A DNA stretch of 63,953 nt, filler included, from Reticulomyxa filosa (taxonomy: Eukaryota > Protista > Foraminifera): assembly GCA_000512085.1 (NCBI GenBank). It is 12 parts of 12 records of this genome, joined end to end, with 100 filler letters (N's around TTAATTAATTAA, not from the genome) between each part and the next. Parts side by side here need not be neighbours in the genome. Positions count along the whole stretch, not along the records: positions 16,671 to 43,413 come from ASPP01024088.1; positions 43,514 to 47,304 come from ASPP01027374.1; positions 47,405 to 53,374 come from ASPP01022473.1; 9 more parts are not named here. One strand, written 5' to 3'. Positions 36,721 to 49,938 of the stretch are shown piece by piece. The notes beneath the pieces are model-generated. The model was not told the origin of the DNA. It did not search any database and saw only the letters and a program-made list of their open reading frames with translations. Made by a program: the position numbers and the translations under genes. Positions within the stretch are counted from its first letter, which is position 1, and every line of letters starts with the position of its first letter.

Positions 36721-39360
36721 TCATTTGTCGGCCTGTTTAGGAGACTCTTGTTGTGAAGGATGGTCAACATCATTGGGCGAATCAATTTTTTTGTACTGAA
36801 AAAGCCAGGAAGACCCATGTTCATGTTGTTTGTCAGTGGAGTCTTGTTTTTGCAATTCGACCTCATCTTCATGTTTGGACATGTTAACGTTCGTGTGTAA
36901 TTTTTTTTTTCCAAAGAGGGAAAAGGTATGATGATCATCGCCATCTTCTTCTTTCTCATCATCCCAAGGAGAAACAAATGTTTCGACATCGTGATTCCTC
37001 ACTAAACTTGCCACCATTTGGGCATCATTTTCTGTACCACACAAATCAACCAACCCAAACGATATTAGAGAATTGTCATATTTTTTTTTAAAACACAAAA
37101 AAAAAAAACAAAAAAAGAAAAAAAAAGTTCACTAGACCTTGAGGTGAAAAATGTGTAAATGCATTGGAAGTAAAAAGTGGGGAAGAGTCTTGTGGTGATT
37201 GCAAGGACATTTTCAATGAAGCAACGTCTTCACTTGACATCATAATGGCCTCTTTTTCTTGTGGCTCCGTCCACAAACGAGCTGGACTTTCTTTGTTTAC
37301 GTCAATGGTCGTGGCATTATTTGCGTCCCCTTTGGCAGAGTCGTTGTCTCCATCCGTTTCTTCAATGGAATCTTGTCTCATTGCTTCCCCACCAACGGAG
37401 GCGATATTCGGATCTTTGAGTTGTTTTTTGCTGTCACTTTTTTTTTGTTATTGTGACTTGCGGGGCTATCACTACTGCTGTCATTGGTAGTAGGATTTGA
37501 ACCGGTAGCATCGCCATTACCACTGCCGCTATTGCTATTGCTATTGCTGTTGCTGTTGCTATGAGTACTGTGATGGTCTCGTTTTAGCGACAGCTTCTGC
37601 ATAGGAGGCTGTTGTTCGTTTTCAAAGGCATTCCAAGACGGACGTATACCCACGACATGGTCAGAGTTGGTGTCGTGTGGATCATTAGTATCGGCATCGT
37701 CGACTGCAGGCTGTCCTCCGTAGCTACCAGTGATTTCTTCTTCTTCGTCATTGGATAAGGACTGCTCCAGATACTCTTGCTCTTTCTCGCATTCATAGCT
37801 GCTATTTTTCTGTGCCTGCTTTTGCTTGGACTTTTTTTTCTTCGCGGACTTGGAATGAACTGTGGACAAGAACCGCTTGGTGTTGTCGCTTTGGCATCGC
37901 AGGGCATACGTGATACAACACACCAAGAGAATCAACAGTACGCACCCGATTATCATCGAATACATGAAATGTCGAGGGAACCAATTCACCAAGCGTTCCC
38001 AAAAGTTCTCTTTGCTTGAAGACTGCGGCTTACTAGTGTTGTCTGGAATATCTATTTACCATTTGATTCCAAACGATTTTTGATCAGCGTTGTTAATTGT
38101 ATGCATACAAAACACATATTGAGTTGTTTGACTTGTATATTTCGTGTCGCATGTATGTACGTTTTTTTTGTTTGTTTTTTCTTGATTTCCTGCATATGCG
38201 TTTTTCTAAGCTCCTCCCCCCCCACATGTCTCTTTAAAGTTGGGTTCACAAGGAAGCAAAACTTTTTGGGCGTAACACAAAGTGGTTAAAGTTTGAATGA
38301 TGACCAAGTCCTGACTTTGATTGGACTGTGTCAGCTGTGAATTCAACGCCTGCACAAATTCGCTCGAGGACGCATAGGCCGCAATCGACTTCCCGCTCGA
38401 TTCGCTCTGCACCGGTATCAGCCACACCATTGCGATCTAATGCAAACGTACACACACACACACACATTCAAATCGTACACAAAGGCAGTTATTAACACAA
38501 CACATTTTCCATTTGTCAAGCATGGCTTGTGTTACATACAATGTTTGTGCTGCGTGTGCACACATTTTTTTTTATTTTTAAAAATATAATAAAAAATTAA
38601 CGTATACGTCTAAATATATATATATATGTGATATAACTTGATTATCGAGAAGATGAAGACGGGAAGAAACTTGTGGATTAGTAGAGTTGTCGGTTTGGAT
38701 TGCATACACTTGATTCCAGTAAATAGTAATGATTTCCATGTTTTGATTGACAATGGTCGATTCGACCAATTCTGTCAGCATGGTTGTTGTCTCTTCGTTA
38801 TTTTCCAAACTGGTTACATTATAGGACGATTTCATAATCCCTACTAACTCCACTGTGTTTATTTTTCACAGTTCAAACGCACACAAAAGGAAAAGGAAAA
38901 AATGTGTCCCATTACGTGTCTATCTTAGGGTGTATATTTTCTCGCAGCCAAACATACCAGTGACAAAGTCCAAGGAAAGGACATTTAGTGTTGGTTTTCT
39001 GGTTGGCGCGTGTACTGGACTGTGTGTTCCTCTCCCACTGTCTGTTGTCGTCAACGTATTCGTCGTCGTTGTCGTCATCACCGTCGTTGTTGTAGGAGCT
39101 ATTGAGGTGATCATTGTATTAGTGGCACTAGTGGTACTAGTCGTGCTAGTAGTGCTGGTAGTGCTAGTCGTACCAGTCGTGCTAGTCGTACCAGTCGTAC
39201 TAGTCGTATCAGTCGTGCCGGTAGTGCTAGTGTCCGTGCTAGTGACAATACTCGTCGTTGTAAAAATCCAGGTTTCAGTAGTGTTAACATTGGGTACAAT
39301 TACTGTTGTTGATGGCAATGGATTCATATTGCAACAAAGTACCTATATATTGTTTGATTA

Positions 39361-39391
<31 letters not shown>

Positions 39392-40373
39392 ATTTTTTTT
39401 TCTTCTTCCTCTAACTTCCTCTCACTACATCTGAGGAAATAGAAAAGAAACGAAAATCGATCACAATTGCCGGAGCAGTGCATCTAGTGGGGTATGTGTG
39501 TTTGGTAAGAAAAGAGTCAAAATGATACTTTACTTAACCCCGCCAAAGGCTGTGGTCATTTTTGCGATCAGTGCGAGTTCATAGATCGAATGATTCGAAG
39601 GTACACTTTGTAAATACCAACTAAATGTGCCGTTTTCCAACTCTTCCATACTCAAACGCGAGGACAACACCGCGTTGAAAACCCCACATTCCACCGCGTC
39701 GTTTCCGTTTGCATTGTCGCTATTATAAACCCAATTATTTCTCGATTTTAAAGCACAGCCGTAGATCTATTCATTTGTGATTATCTTTAACTTGTTGCAA
39801 CTCCTCTCCCTACTTCTGAAGAGGAGGAGGAAGGGGGGGGGAGGAGAAAAAAAAAAAAAAGAGCCTTTTCCAATTCAAAAAAAAATTTGGAAAAGCCGAT
39901 AGCAACACAAAAGATCGAAGGTGTGACGTGTTCATAAACAAAACATCATTCAGAGAAACAGGATTGGCAGTCAAATCACAAATAAAAGACGAGTTATCAA
40001 AATCACCGAGAGAGGTCTGCAGTGACGCATAAAACTTTTGATCTTTGGGAAGTGTCGAGCACAATTCATAAGATAGGCCCAATTCGGCAGCGCTCACTTC
40101 ACTTGAGCAAATCTTGAATATATACATACGTATATACCATACATATTCAAAATGTTTAAATATACATTCCCAGTATATACACACTAAAAAAAAAGATTTC
40201 ATTACAAAGCTTTTCTTTTTTTTTTTTTTTTTGCAATTCGTCTTCTATAACAAAAAAAAACAACAACGTAGACTATCATCGAACCTCATATCCAGTGCTA
40301 CAAGGACTGTGAGAAGATTCAGATAGGTTAAATAGTTCAAACGCTTCCCATTTTGCTGCACAACCTGATTCAT
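36721..40373 (-). CDS. Mucin-like type I membrane protein, multi-exon (exon limits approximate)
   Basis: Hydrophobic N-terminal segment, Cys-containing ectodomain, Thr-rich stalk, TM FMYSMIIGCVLLILLVCCITYAL, acidic cytoplasmic tail. Confidence 0.7.
39120..39245 (-). repeat. 9-nt-period coding minisatellite encoding (TTS/TTG)n
   Basis: TTGTTDTTSTTGTTSTTGTTSTTSTTS repeats in ORF 38920-39327. Confidence 0.85.
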
Positions 40374-41902
40374 TTTTTGTTGCTTGCAGTTATTAATTAC
40401 TTTGCTCTTCCCTCTTCCCCTCCTTTCTTCAAAAAAAAACATTTAAAAAGTAATGGGGTGAACGTTTTTTTTGAACCAAAACTATGCGAAGCTTGTTTTT
40501 TTACGTACCGTAAATCCTAAACGGCACAAATTCTACTTCGCAAAGAGTCGAATTTGAACATCCACTTCCTTTTATGCATTGGGAACTACTCCTTATAAAC
40601 CAATGTAATTCCAATAATAATACCACTTTCCCAAAATTCAAATAGTCACGCATTTTTTCCCTATGATATGCAGATTTTTTTTTTGGAAAAACCAGCAGGT
40701 GCAGAAGTGGTCGGCTTGTTGATTCGTTTTCTTCACATTTATCTTTTCATTTACTTCATTTTTCTTTTTATTTCTTAAATTGTTTACATTATGAAGGTTT
40801 AATATTTGATTTACCATTTTTTAAAAAGTTTTTGTTGCGAAGAAATAAAAACAAGTTTGGTGATGTGATGCCACAACAAAGCGTGCTAATTCTTTAAACA
40901 ATTCCAAAAAAATTTTCTTCTGAGAAAAGTTCAAATTTTTTTACATAATATATTTTCGTTCTAAACAAAAAAATTATTATTTTCAGATAAATAAAGAATT
41001 CGACAAAGTTATTATATGTATTTTTAAATGTATTTTTCGTCAAGTTGAAGGGAAAAAAAGGCAACTGATAATGGCAGAACAGTTATTATTTGTTCATTTC
41101 TTTGTTTTTTATTCAAATTTGCTCACAATAGCAAAAAGCAATTCACATTACAATTTCCACAGCTAACAACTTTAAACAGGTCTAAACATTGCACGAAATA
41201 CTTCTTCACAATGTCAAAGAAAAAAAATATTATTTCAGTAACATGCAAATTATGTGCATTCGGCTCAAATTATTTGCCAGTCATTGGCCGATAATGAGAT
41301 TATGGCAACAAATACGCTCATAATGTGTTGAATGTACCGTTAGTGATATGCTGGGCTAGTTATTGTATTAATTTATATACCTTCTAAGAACTTTATGCAT
41401 AACACTCCTTTTTTAAGACTATGAAAAATTGAATTTTTTTTCATTTGTCTATTTTATATTTTTTTTATCAAGAAATTGTTATTTTTCTCTTTTTTTTGTA
41501 ACTATTAAGCTGTGTTTTTAAGTTGCCTTTTTTTCTGAAATGTTTAATTTCGAATTCTTTTAAAATTTTTCATGTCTTAGCAAGGCAAATGTTAGATCAC
41601 ATCAGGACGAATAGAGTCATAGACATAATATCTTAGCACATATTGTGATACTCACAATGATGAAGGCCTTTCACCTTTTGCTCTTATCTGTATTGAATTT
41701 TTTAAGTTTTTGTTGAATTAATTATTTATCTTAATCCACTAAATTGTGTTTGCCATGATAAGTGTAAGTCAGTGTGTTTGTAAAAATTCTTGCACATTTC
41801 AATACAGCCAATACAACGTGACAGTATGTCGCAAGCTTAAACTCCGTTTTGGTCATTAAAAAAGACTATTTGGTCCTCTACAGAACATTGCAATATTCAT
41901 AG

Positions 41903-42298
41903 ATGTTCTCCTCCACAAGACAATTTAGTCATTACTATTGCAATTCTTTGTTGTGCGTCCCAACAAATAAATGGGGTGATTTGACGAGTGCCTCGCAAAC
42001 ATTGACGCGTAGTTTTGCGAGTAAAACGATGCACTATCGCCCAAAAGTGATGCATCGTCGAGCGAGAAGAAGGATACTTGTAAAAAATCTAGCGGAAGGC
42101 CGTCACGCACAAGCAATTGCAATGCCATTGGAACCCCACCCATTTCCTCCGCATCCACAGAAACCGCAAGAGATAGTGTGGTGTAACAACCTACGAAGGG
42201 CATATCGTACACCAAACCAACAGACAATGAATGAAAACCTGTACACTGATCAAAAAGCAGGTGAAGAAATGGTTTTTGAAGAAAATGAATCGACATAA
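41903..42298 (+). CDS. Small basic protein with probable mitochondrial presequence
   Basis: Intronless 131-aa ORF, more GC-rich than its flanks; MFSSTRQFS...LTRSFASK cleavage-like motif; Arg-rich HRRARRR. Confidence 0.65.
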   Translation: MFSSTRQFSHYYCNSLLCVPTNKWGDLTSASQTLTRSFASKTMHYRPKVMHRRARRRILVKNLAEGRHAQAIAMPLEPHPFPPHPQKPQEIVWCNNLRRAYRTPNQQTMNENLYTDQKAGEEMVFEENEST

Positions 42299-44245
42299 TG
42301 CAATTTGAGAAAATAAAAACAAACGGAAGGAATTTCTGAAAAATTCGAGTTTAAGCAAAACTACAATTGACAATGCTATCAATGAAATTCCTAAAAATCA
42401 GGCATCTTTGACCGCTTTTTGGTGCAAAAAACAATTGATTTCTTTACTCAAAAAAAAAATCTTTAATGAAAACTCGCGGATTAATGCATCCCAATCACAT
42501 CCGCCAATACTTTAGATGATATGAACGTTCTCACTTTCATAAAGATTGGCCTGCTGACTTGGAAATACAAAAATTCATGAAACATTGAACTTTCACTCTT
42601 TTGTTATCTACTTCAAATCTTGTTCCTTGGTTATTATCACATCACATTTGATGTTTACTGTTCATCTAAAATATCTTCATCAATAAACAAACAAAAGTAT
42701 TTTTTTCATTGTCTAACAAAACATTTTATTCAAGAAAATAATGATAAACAAAAATGGTTCAAGAAACAACAAGGCCAATCTGATATCACTACATTTAATT
42801 CAATGATCAAGTAACGATATTGATATACATAATTTCAATCAATTCAATGTTAAATGTGTATACGAATGTGAAGAAGCAAAGATGATGATAGACATATGTA
42901 CTTTTATACAAGTACGTGCTATTGAATAAAAAACATTGATAAAAAAAGTGAAGAATGCTGAATGATATTATTTCAAGAATCCAATTGCATTCATTTATTA
43001 AGTTATTTTAATTATTTTTCAACCACTGACTCCAAATATTTCACTTTTCTTTTTAATTTAATTTCACAAAATTCATTTTCACTTTTCTTAAAAACGTACT
43101 TTCCCACTCCAGATTCTTTACACTCCTAAAACGTATTTCATGTTACGTTATTTGACAAAAAGAATTGTGTGGATATCCAAAAAAAGATTAATTAAATTTC
43201 TTTATCATTTTTAAGTAGATATTATGCTTTTGTTCAATAAATACACGTAGCAAGTCTGTTGAAATATATCTCTTTCTAAGCAACAAATATGTTTTTATTA
43301 TCCAAAAAAGAAGCATATTGTTATTTAATCGGCTTTGTTTAAACCACATATCAACAATCATTCTTTTTATAAAACATAGTCAAATAAAAAAACTCATAAT
43401 CAAATTCAAAAAANNNNNNNNNNNNNNNNNNNNNNNNNNNNNNNNNNNNNNNNNNNNTTAATTAATTAANNNNNNNNNNNNNNNNNNNNNNNNNNNNNNN
43501 NNNNNNNNNNNNNTTATTTGACATTTCAAGTTTTTTATCTTAATGAACTTTTTTTTAATTTTCACTGTTCGCCCGTCCCTTCTCAACGACACCAAGAACA
43601 ACGGTTTGTGATTTTTAAATTTGGATCGAGTACTGGGTAAACAACTATTGTGAATATTACTTATTTGAAAGAGCAGAATGATTGACTAACAAATTCGTTA
43701 GGCTTTGGTAGTTTTTTTTGAACAGCAAGAAAGATTAGAGAAAATTCAATGTTTGCTTTACGTCGTTAAGGTCGATTGATAACTGCAGATACTTTTAAAG
43801 AATTTGCATGAATGTATGTCAGATAGGTTTTTTCTTTGCTGAACTTTATGAAAAAACTAATCGTTGTGACATTAAACATTAAATATATTTTATTTCATTG
43901 AAAACAAAAGGAGAAGTTTTATGATTCAAAATTGACTTGAGCTTGAAATGTAAAATTTAGATTTAACAATTTTGATTTTTCTGAATAAATTTGTCCCAGC
44001 AGTTGAACATTGATCAAATTTTTTGGTCAACATTTCAGATAACATTCTCATTAGAAAACAACAGAATTGAGCGTTTGCTCTTCAAAATACAAAACTCAAA
44101 AAATATCTTTTTTGTACTCCGTTTTCCAGCGTTGCTTAAAAATTGTTGCAGTTCTTGCCCTTTTTGTTTTGTTTTGAAGTTGACCCTTTTTTGTGTTAAA
44201 ATTTGGAGTGATATTTTGAACAAATGAGGAATACTACAGTAAAGA

Positions 44246-44940
44246 ATGAAACGTACAAAGAGAGAAAAGGCTTTGAAAAGCGATTTACAGGCAAACTTTA
44301 CCAAAAATTTTGAAAAGCAAGGTCAGAAACTAGACCAACCTGATCAGATTGATACTGAATACAAGATAAAATTAGACCCTTCTTCCTTTCCTTTTCGAGC
44401 GGATCAAGCACAAAATACCGAAACTGGCTCTAAACTTTTGGCAAACAGATCTCTTCGAGAAAATCAAATAGAAGACACTGACGGAGACTCAATATTTGTA
44501 TCATTAGCTCCTTTGTCAACTCTATTTTTCGGGCCCAACGTATCGTATAAGCACGAGATTTTCATTTGTAGGGGTAATTCGAATAATGAATATTATTCTT
44601 TTCACGCATTAAAATGAATATAGCAGTTTTCCAAGCAATGTTAGGTATCAGGACATTGTGTATTGCAACTCTTCGACACCAACAGAGTATAAAGTCCTCG
44701 AAGTTGTTGCTGTGCAAAACTTGCATCTCTGGGTTCAACATCAAAGACTAGAGGATATCTCCTTAAACAAAAAATATTCGATGGCTGTGGCACGGTTCGT
44801 TGCATGTTTTTTTTTTTAATAGTCATTTTTATGAAAAATCCTTTTCTGTTTGTTATGTCTTTGTCAAATGAAGGTTTATATTACAAGTCAATTTTAGACA
44901 TTTGCGAAAAAGTTGGGTAATTGTTTTAAGTGTCCTTTTA
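44246..44940 (+). pseudogene. Kelch-like family pseudogene
   Basis: FVSLAPL...YKHEIFICRG...YYSFHALK followed by frameshifts; same family as 58347-59374. Confidence 0.7.
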
Positions 44941-44971
44941 TAATAATTAATAGCACCAATAAACAGCACTT

Positions 44972-45450
44972 GTATTCAACACTTTAATTGGGATTTTTGC
45001 GTGATTATAACTTTTTGTCACTCTATGACAGAGATATATCTCGCACGAGATGCGTTGTTTCATGTTTTAAGGGGATACTCCAGGCTTGCAAAATTGTGCA
45101 ATGTTCTTTTATACTCATTTGCGCACTTGCACTGTTTGCCATTTAAAAAACAGATTCGATGATCGATATGGATATGCACATGCGTTGTATTGTCGTATCA
45201 TATGTGGAGAGAGCTGTGTTGGCAAAAAAGACTTAATACAACCACCACTTAAGAGAACAGGAAGTAGCGTATCGCTAGAGTTTGAAAAGTTTACTGACAA
45301 CTTGACCAATCCAAGTGTGATAGTTTGTTTCACAAATGCTCAGGTATGCAAATTTGATGATTTTTCTCTCACAATATAAATAAAAACAGACACTTGCGTG
45401 TTATTTGCTCTATCTTAGGTTTATCCAGCGCTGAAGCTGATTATCAAGAA
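44972..45450 (+). pseudogene. PARP catalytic-domain remnant (PARP7/10-15-like mono-ART type)
   Basis: FNWDF, IYLARDA, LYCRIICGESCVG...PPLK...DNLTNPSVIVCFTNAQ|VYP match the ART catalytic C-terminus; upstream part is missing or disrupted. Confidence 0.72.
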
Positions 45451-45992
45451 AAAAAAATTAAAACGTTTCTTTATTATGTACATATTCTTCTGTTTACTGC
45501 TTTGAATCATTTTGTCAGATGCTATTCCAATTTTAAAGATAATCAAAAAATTTCTTCATCTGATATTTTTTAATTCTTTTCTTGATTCCATGTCACATAT
45601 CCGAACTGTTCTATCACAACATATTAACATAAATTGACCAGCTGAAAAAAATTAACACGTTTTATATCGATAATTTAAAATATTTAGCACGTATGATAGA
45701 TGTCAATTACTTCACATATTTGTCACAGGTTTATCAAAAGATGGACTTAATTTTATTTCTTTTTTGAATTATTTTTTATTATTTGAATTAGTTTAATTTC
45801 TTTCATTTTTGAAAAATCTCAAAAAACATAATTACAGGAACTGGTTAGTATTTTTTATGTTAGTTTTTGTCACAATTTGTGCTCTTGAAAAGCTTATCGC
45901 ATGAAAGAGCGAAGTAATTTGAATAGTTACATTTATGAATGAAAAAGAAGTTAAATTTTCAACACAGCTATTTTTCGAGAAAGAAATGCAAA

Positions 45993-47304
45993 CTAATGTT
46001 TTATTTTGGGAGCATTAAAAACAACTTCAATCAGCTGCATCCAAATGTTGAACACCAAAATCATACTTAATTTGCTCTTCATGTTCGAATATTCTTTTCC
46101 TTTCATTGTTATTGTCACTCGAATCATGGTTTCACCAAAATAAAAACGAACATAACCACTATCCTTCACATCATCAAAATCTTCTGGAAGTGGAATTTCG
46201 ATACATCCTAAACGTTCACATCCAGTGATCACTCCTGGGTCTATTTCCTCACTACGATACATCACAATACTAAAAGCTTTGCTACTTTTACTCCCTTTGA
46301 AGTAACTGCGTTCGATCATCTGCAAAACAATGAAAAAATCAAAAAACAAAACAACACTAACATTTAATATAATAAACATTGCAATAATTAACTTGTCCCA
46401 CTTTCACTTCTTCGTCTTTATTCACAAATACACGGAAACAGTTATTAACGTACTCTTTATTAGTAATATCATGAATGAATTTGTATTCGTTGACATGATC
46501 TTCATTGATTTTTGGATGAGATCGAGCATATTCTATTGTCCAACCAGCACCAGTCCCATAAGTGTATTTAACAATTCTGGAAGAAATGAAAGAAGGAATT
46601 CTTGCCAATTGAGCAGCTCCTTCCACCACTGAAAAAACAGGTCGTTCAGACATTACAAATGTATATTTGGGTTCATAATGTTGTTTGAGTCTGTGTTGCA
46701 AATAAGGAGATTGACTAAATCCACCCACCAAACATATATACTTCAATTTGTCACTCAATATATTTTCATTTCTTTTTAACACTTCATCCATTTGTTTGAT
46801 TATTGGATCAATTCTTTTATCAAACAATTTCATCCATAATTTGCAAGAAAGTGACAAATCTTCACCATCATACGAATGTCTATTGTTTTTTTAATGATAT
46901 GTAATATCATTTTGGTGAGCAATAACACTGAAATGAATAAATAAAATAAAAACCAACCCAGATTCTTCAAGACATTTAGATTCAGACAATTCTTCTAAAT
47001 TGCTAGGAATGTTATCTTTCATAAATTGATCAAACTCATAAGGAACTTGAATTCGATAAATTCCTGTTGTTTTTTTGCTACCAAAAAATCGCTGTTTGCT
47101 TTTTTCAATGTTATCCAATAACTCCCAATATCGTTTTGGAATTTTCTCTCGAAACTGTTTCATTTTGTCTTTACCAAAGATATTATCAAATATTTCGATA
47201 ATATCATTATCAATATAAGAGCTTCCCCAAGGACCTCCAAATGAAGAAATCATTTCTCTTACTTCAAATGGTCCAATGATTTCATGACACACCATATCAG
47301 CAGT
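45993..47304 (-). CDS. HSPA12-like atypical Hsp70, 5' partial, probable frameshift near C-terminus
   Basis: TADMVCHEI, GGPWGSSYID, ICLVGGFSQSPYLQ, SVVEGAA, SRIVKYTYG; two introns. Confidence 0.85.
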
Positions 47305-47988
47305 NNNNNNNNNNNNNNNNNNNNNNNNNNNNNNNNNNNNNNNNNNNNTTAATTAATTAANNNNNNNNNNNNNNNNNNNNNNNNNNNNNNNNNNNNNNNN
47401 NNNNTCAAGGAATCTATAAATTATCACAAGAAAGTATTGTATGTTCGTCGCATCTTTAGTAGGATTAAATACGACTCGATATGCACAAGTGAAACAAGCA
47501 ATGTCCAACTATTTATATAAATTGTAAATAGTGAACAATGCTTTATGTCAATTGCTGGGTAATATTAATATCAAAGTGCTGAGATTTGATGTTAAGTAAT
47601 ATGTGTTATATATACTATCTATTTTCTTTTTTCTATATGCTATGCCAACATCACATTGATTAATATCAAACAAAATAGCCAAAGAAGTGCATACATTTTA
47701 TCTCTTTTCCAACACAAAATTGTTGCTGACATGAGCAGAACAATTTATAAACATTGGCTCAGATGGTGACGATGCAAAAAGATAGAATCATAAAGTGGAG
47801 ATGATGTAGAACATGCGCATTGATGTTTTTTTCATTTACTTTTTTTTTTTTTTTTTTTTGCTTGTTTCTGAAATTTCGGAAAATTTTTCTTCTCTTCCTG
47901 TTTGACTGCCCATGGTTTGCTTTCTTCCACTTGAATATCGTTTTTTCTTTTTAAAGTTTATTTTAAACTAAATATTAAATTGAATTAT

Positions 47989-48309
47989 TTAATTGAAAAT
48001 ATGGTATACGAAACATTCGCATAATTTGGTACAAGATGGAATTAAATTGCTTTTTGGTGTCAGATCTTTGGCTCTTTTTTTTGTTTGTTTGTTTGAGTGA
48101 CTATAAAAAACATCAATTTTGGCAATTTTTAAATTGGATTTGACAAACACGCCATAATTTTTTTGGCATTGAAAGTAGCGAGTGCCCTGCAATGACCCGT
48201 CGTTATCTCCAAATTGCTTCCGCAATTCAATCCCGTCTTCAGTCTTTTTGCGACATACTGTATAATCGACAAAAAAGAAGGGTCCTTTCAAATGAATATT
48301 TGAAAACAT
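47989..48309 (-). pseudogene. CAP-Gly domain remnant
   Basis: GIEL...GDNDGSLQGTRYFQCQKNYGVFVK (canonical GKNDG altered); flanks are not convincingly coding. Confidence 0.7.
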
Positions 48310-48797
48310 TTGCGATTTTATTCGTGAAAAATTAATACTTTTTAAATAGTATTTAGTAACGAAAAACGAGTAAGATTCTTAACTTTAATACCCGAAAGAA
48401 TCTTAACCTTTTTCAAAATGAAAAAAGATGCAAAAGCGTTTCATGTTTCTATACACTTTATTAAAATTAAATACATTTTTAGACTATCAGGATATGTGGG
48501 TATCAAATTTTGAAAAAAGTTAGTTTTTCACGAATAAATTTGCAAATATTTGCAGGAGTTTATTTTAAGAGAATATTTTTTTCCGATCGAAACCGTATTA
48601 AATAAAATTTAAAAAGGAAAGATAAAGTAAAATTTCTCCAATAACCAAACCAAAAATAAATCCGTGCAGCACAAAGAAAACCAGAAAAAAACGCCTTGAA
48701 AGAAAAACTATTTAACAAAAAGGTTTTACATCGAACAAGTTTTTGACTCATTATGTCAAAAACCAAAATAATAGACTCACCATAATCACAAGCCATG

Positions 48798-49938
48798 TCA
48801 ATTTCGACGCTGACATGGCTTTTTAAAGTCCTCAAAGACAACATCCTACGCAATAGTCTTATTGGTATCGTTAGTTGATACTGTCGGGTCACGAAAGTTT
48901 AGAGTGTTGGTGCAAATGTCAAATACAAAATATTCTTGCTTTGGTGTCAACAAGTGGCCACTTCCAAACCTCAAATTAAAGTTGCAAGTCAATGGAAGGG
49001 CAAGTTGTCCTTGTAGCATGCCACCAAAGGCAGATGTCGGATAGTGAATTTCAAACGTCAAAGGTTCACCATCTTCAACCATGCATGCTACATTTGATAA
49101 ATTTTTCGCCTCGCAATCAGCACCATAGAGACATTTCATTACTGTTTCGGTAATCTCAGATGTATCTTGAGGGACTTGTTTTTTTTGCAAACACAATAAC
49201 GTTACGTTGGCGTTGTGTAGTTTTTGAATGGTTGAATCAAATGCGTAGTCAACTATTACATTACGCACATCTTTGGGAATTTCAGCAGTTAAGCACTTTT
49301 CCAAACTGTCAACAACTTGATCGATCTCATTGAATTCATGCAGAATATGATCTTCCAGCCTTTTTTATATTGTATTTTATTCAACTGTTTACTCCTTTTG
49401 TCGACTTCAAATTTTTTCACGAAAAAAAGGAGCACACCTCATCGCATGCTGGGAAAAACAAATTTCAAACCATTGAGCACTAATTTGACAAAATATTTGT
49501 CCAGATTTAAGGTGAAGAGTGTTCATACAATTACGTAGATTCAGAAAATGAAGTAACAATGATCCTTGGTTGGTGGTTCTTTCAGACTGGCAATGACACC
49601 CCCACCAAACGGTTATTACAAATAACATAAAGCATCGCACGAATGATACTACATACACTAAGTAAACACAGTTTGATTAAATTGTAAAAATAGATAAAAA
49701 GAAATTTTTTTAAACTAACGGAATTGTTACCTGAAAACAAAAAAGAAAGTGCAAATGACACGAACAAACTCGCTACCAAAACCCCGCTCAGCTTTGATTC
49801 GTATAAGTTCATGCATCGTGCCAATTGAAATTCCCAGTACAATAAATTGCTTTTTGGGAACATGCAGTACAACCAATAACATACTTTCAAAGGCATAGTA
49901 CTTGTCAAAAAAAATAAAATTTGCAACAGTCGTTCCAT
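48798..49938 (-). CDS. Multi-exon hypothetical membrane protein with internal F-box-like motif
   Basis: ORFs 49582-49965, 49407-49658 and 48846-49304 join via GT-AG introns; hydrophobic N-terminal helices; IPKDVRNVIVDYAF; a 36-nt last intron removes the TAG at 48846. Confidence 0.6.

Noticed and set aside
47405-47570. Possible LINE ORF2 3' remnant (SNYLYKL*IVNNALCQL)
   Set aside because: Too short and degenerate; the CCHC core is absent.
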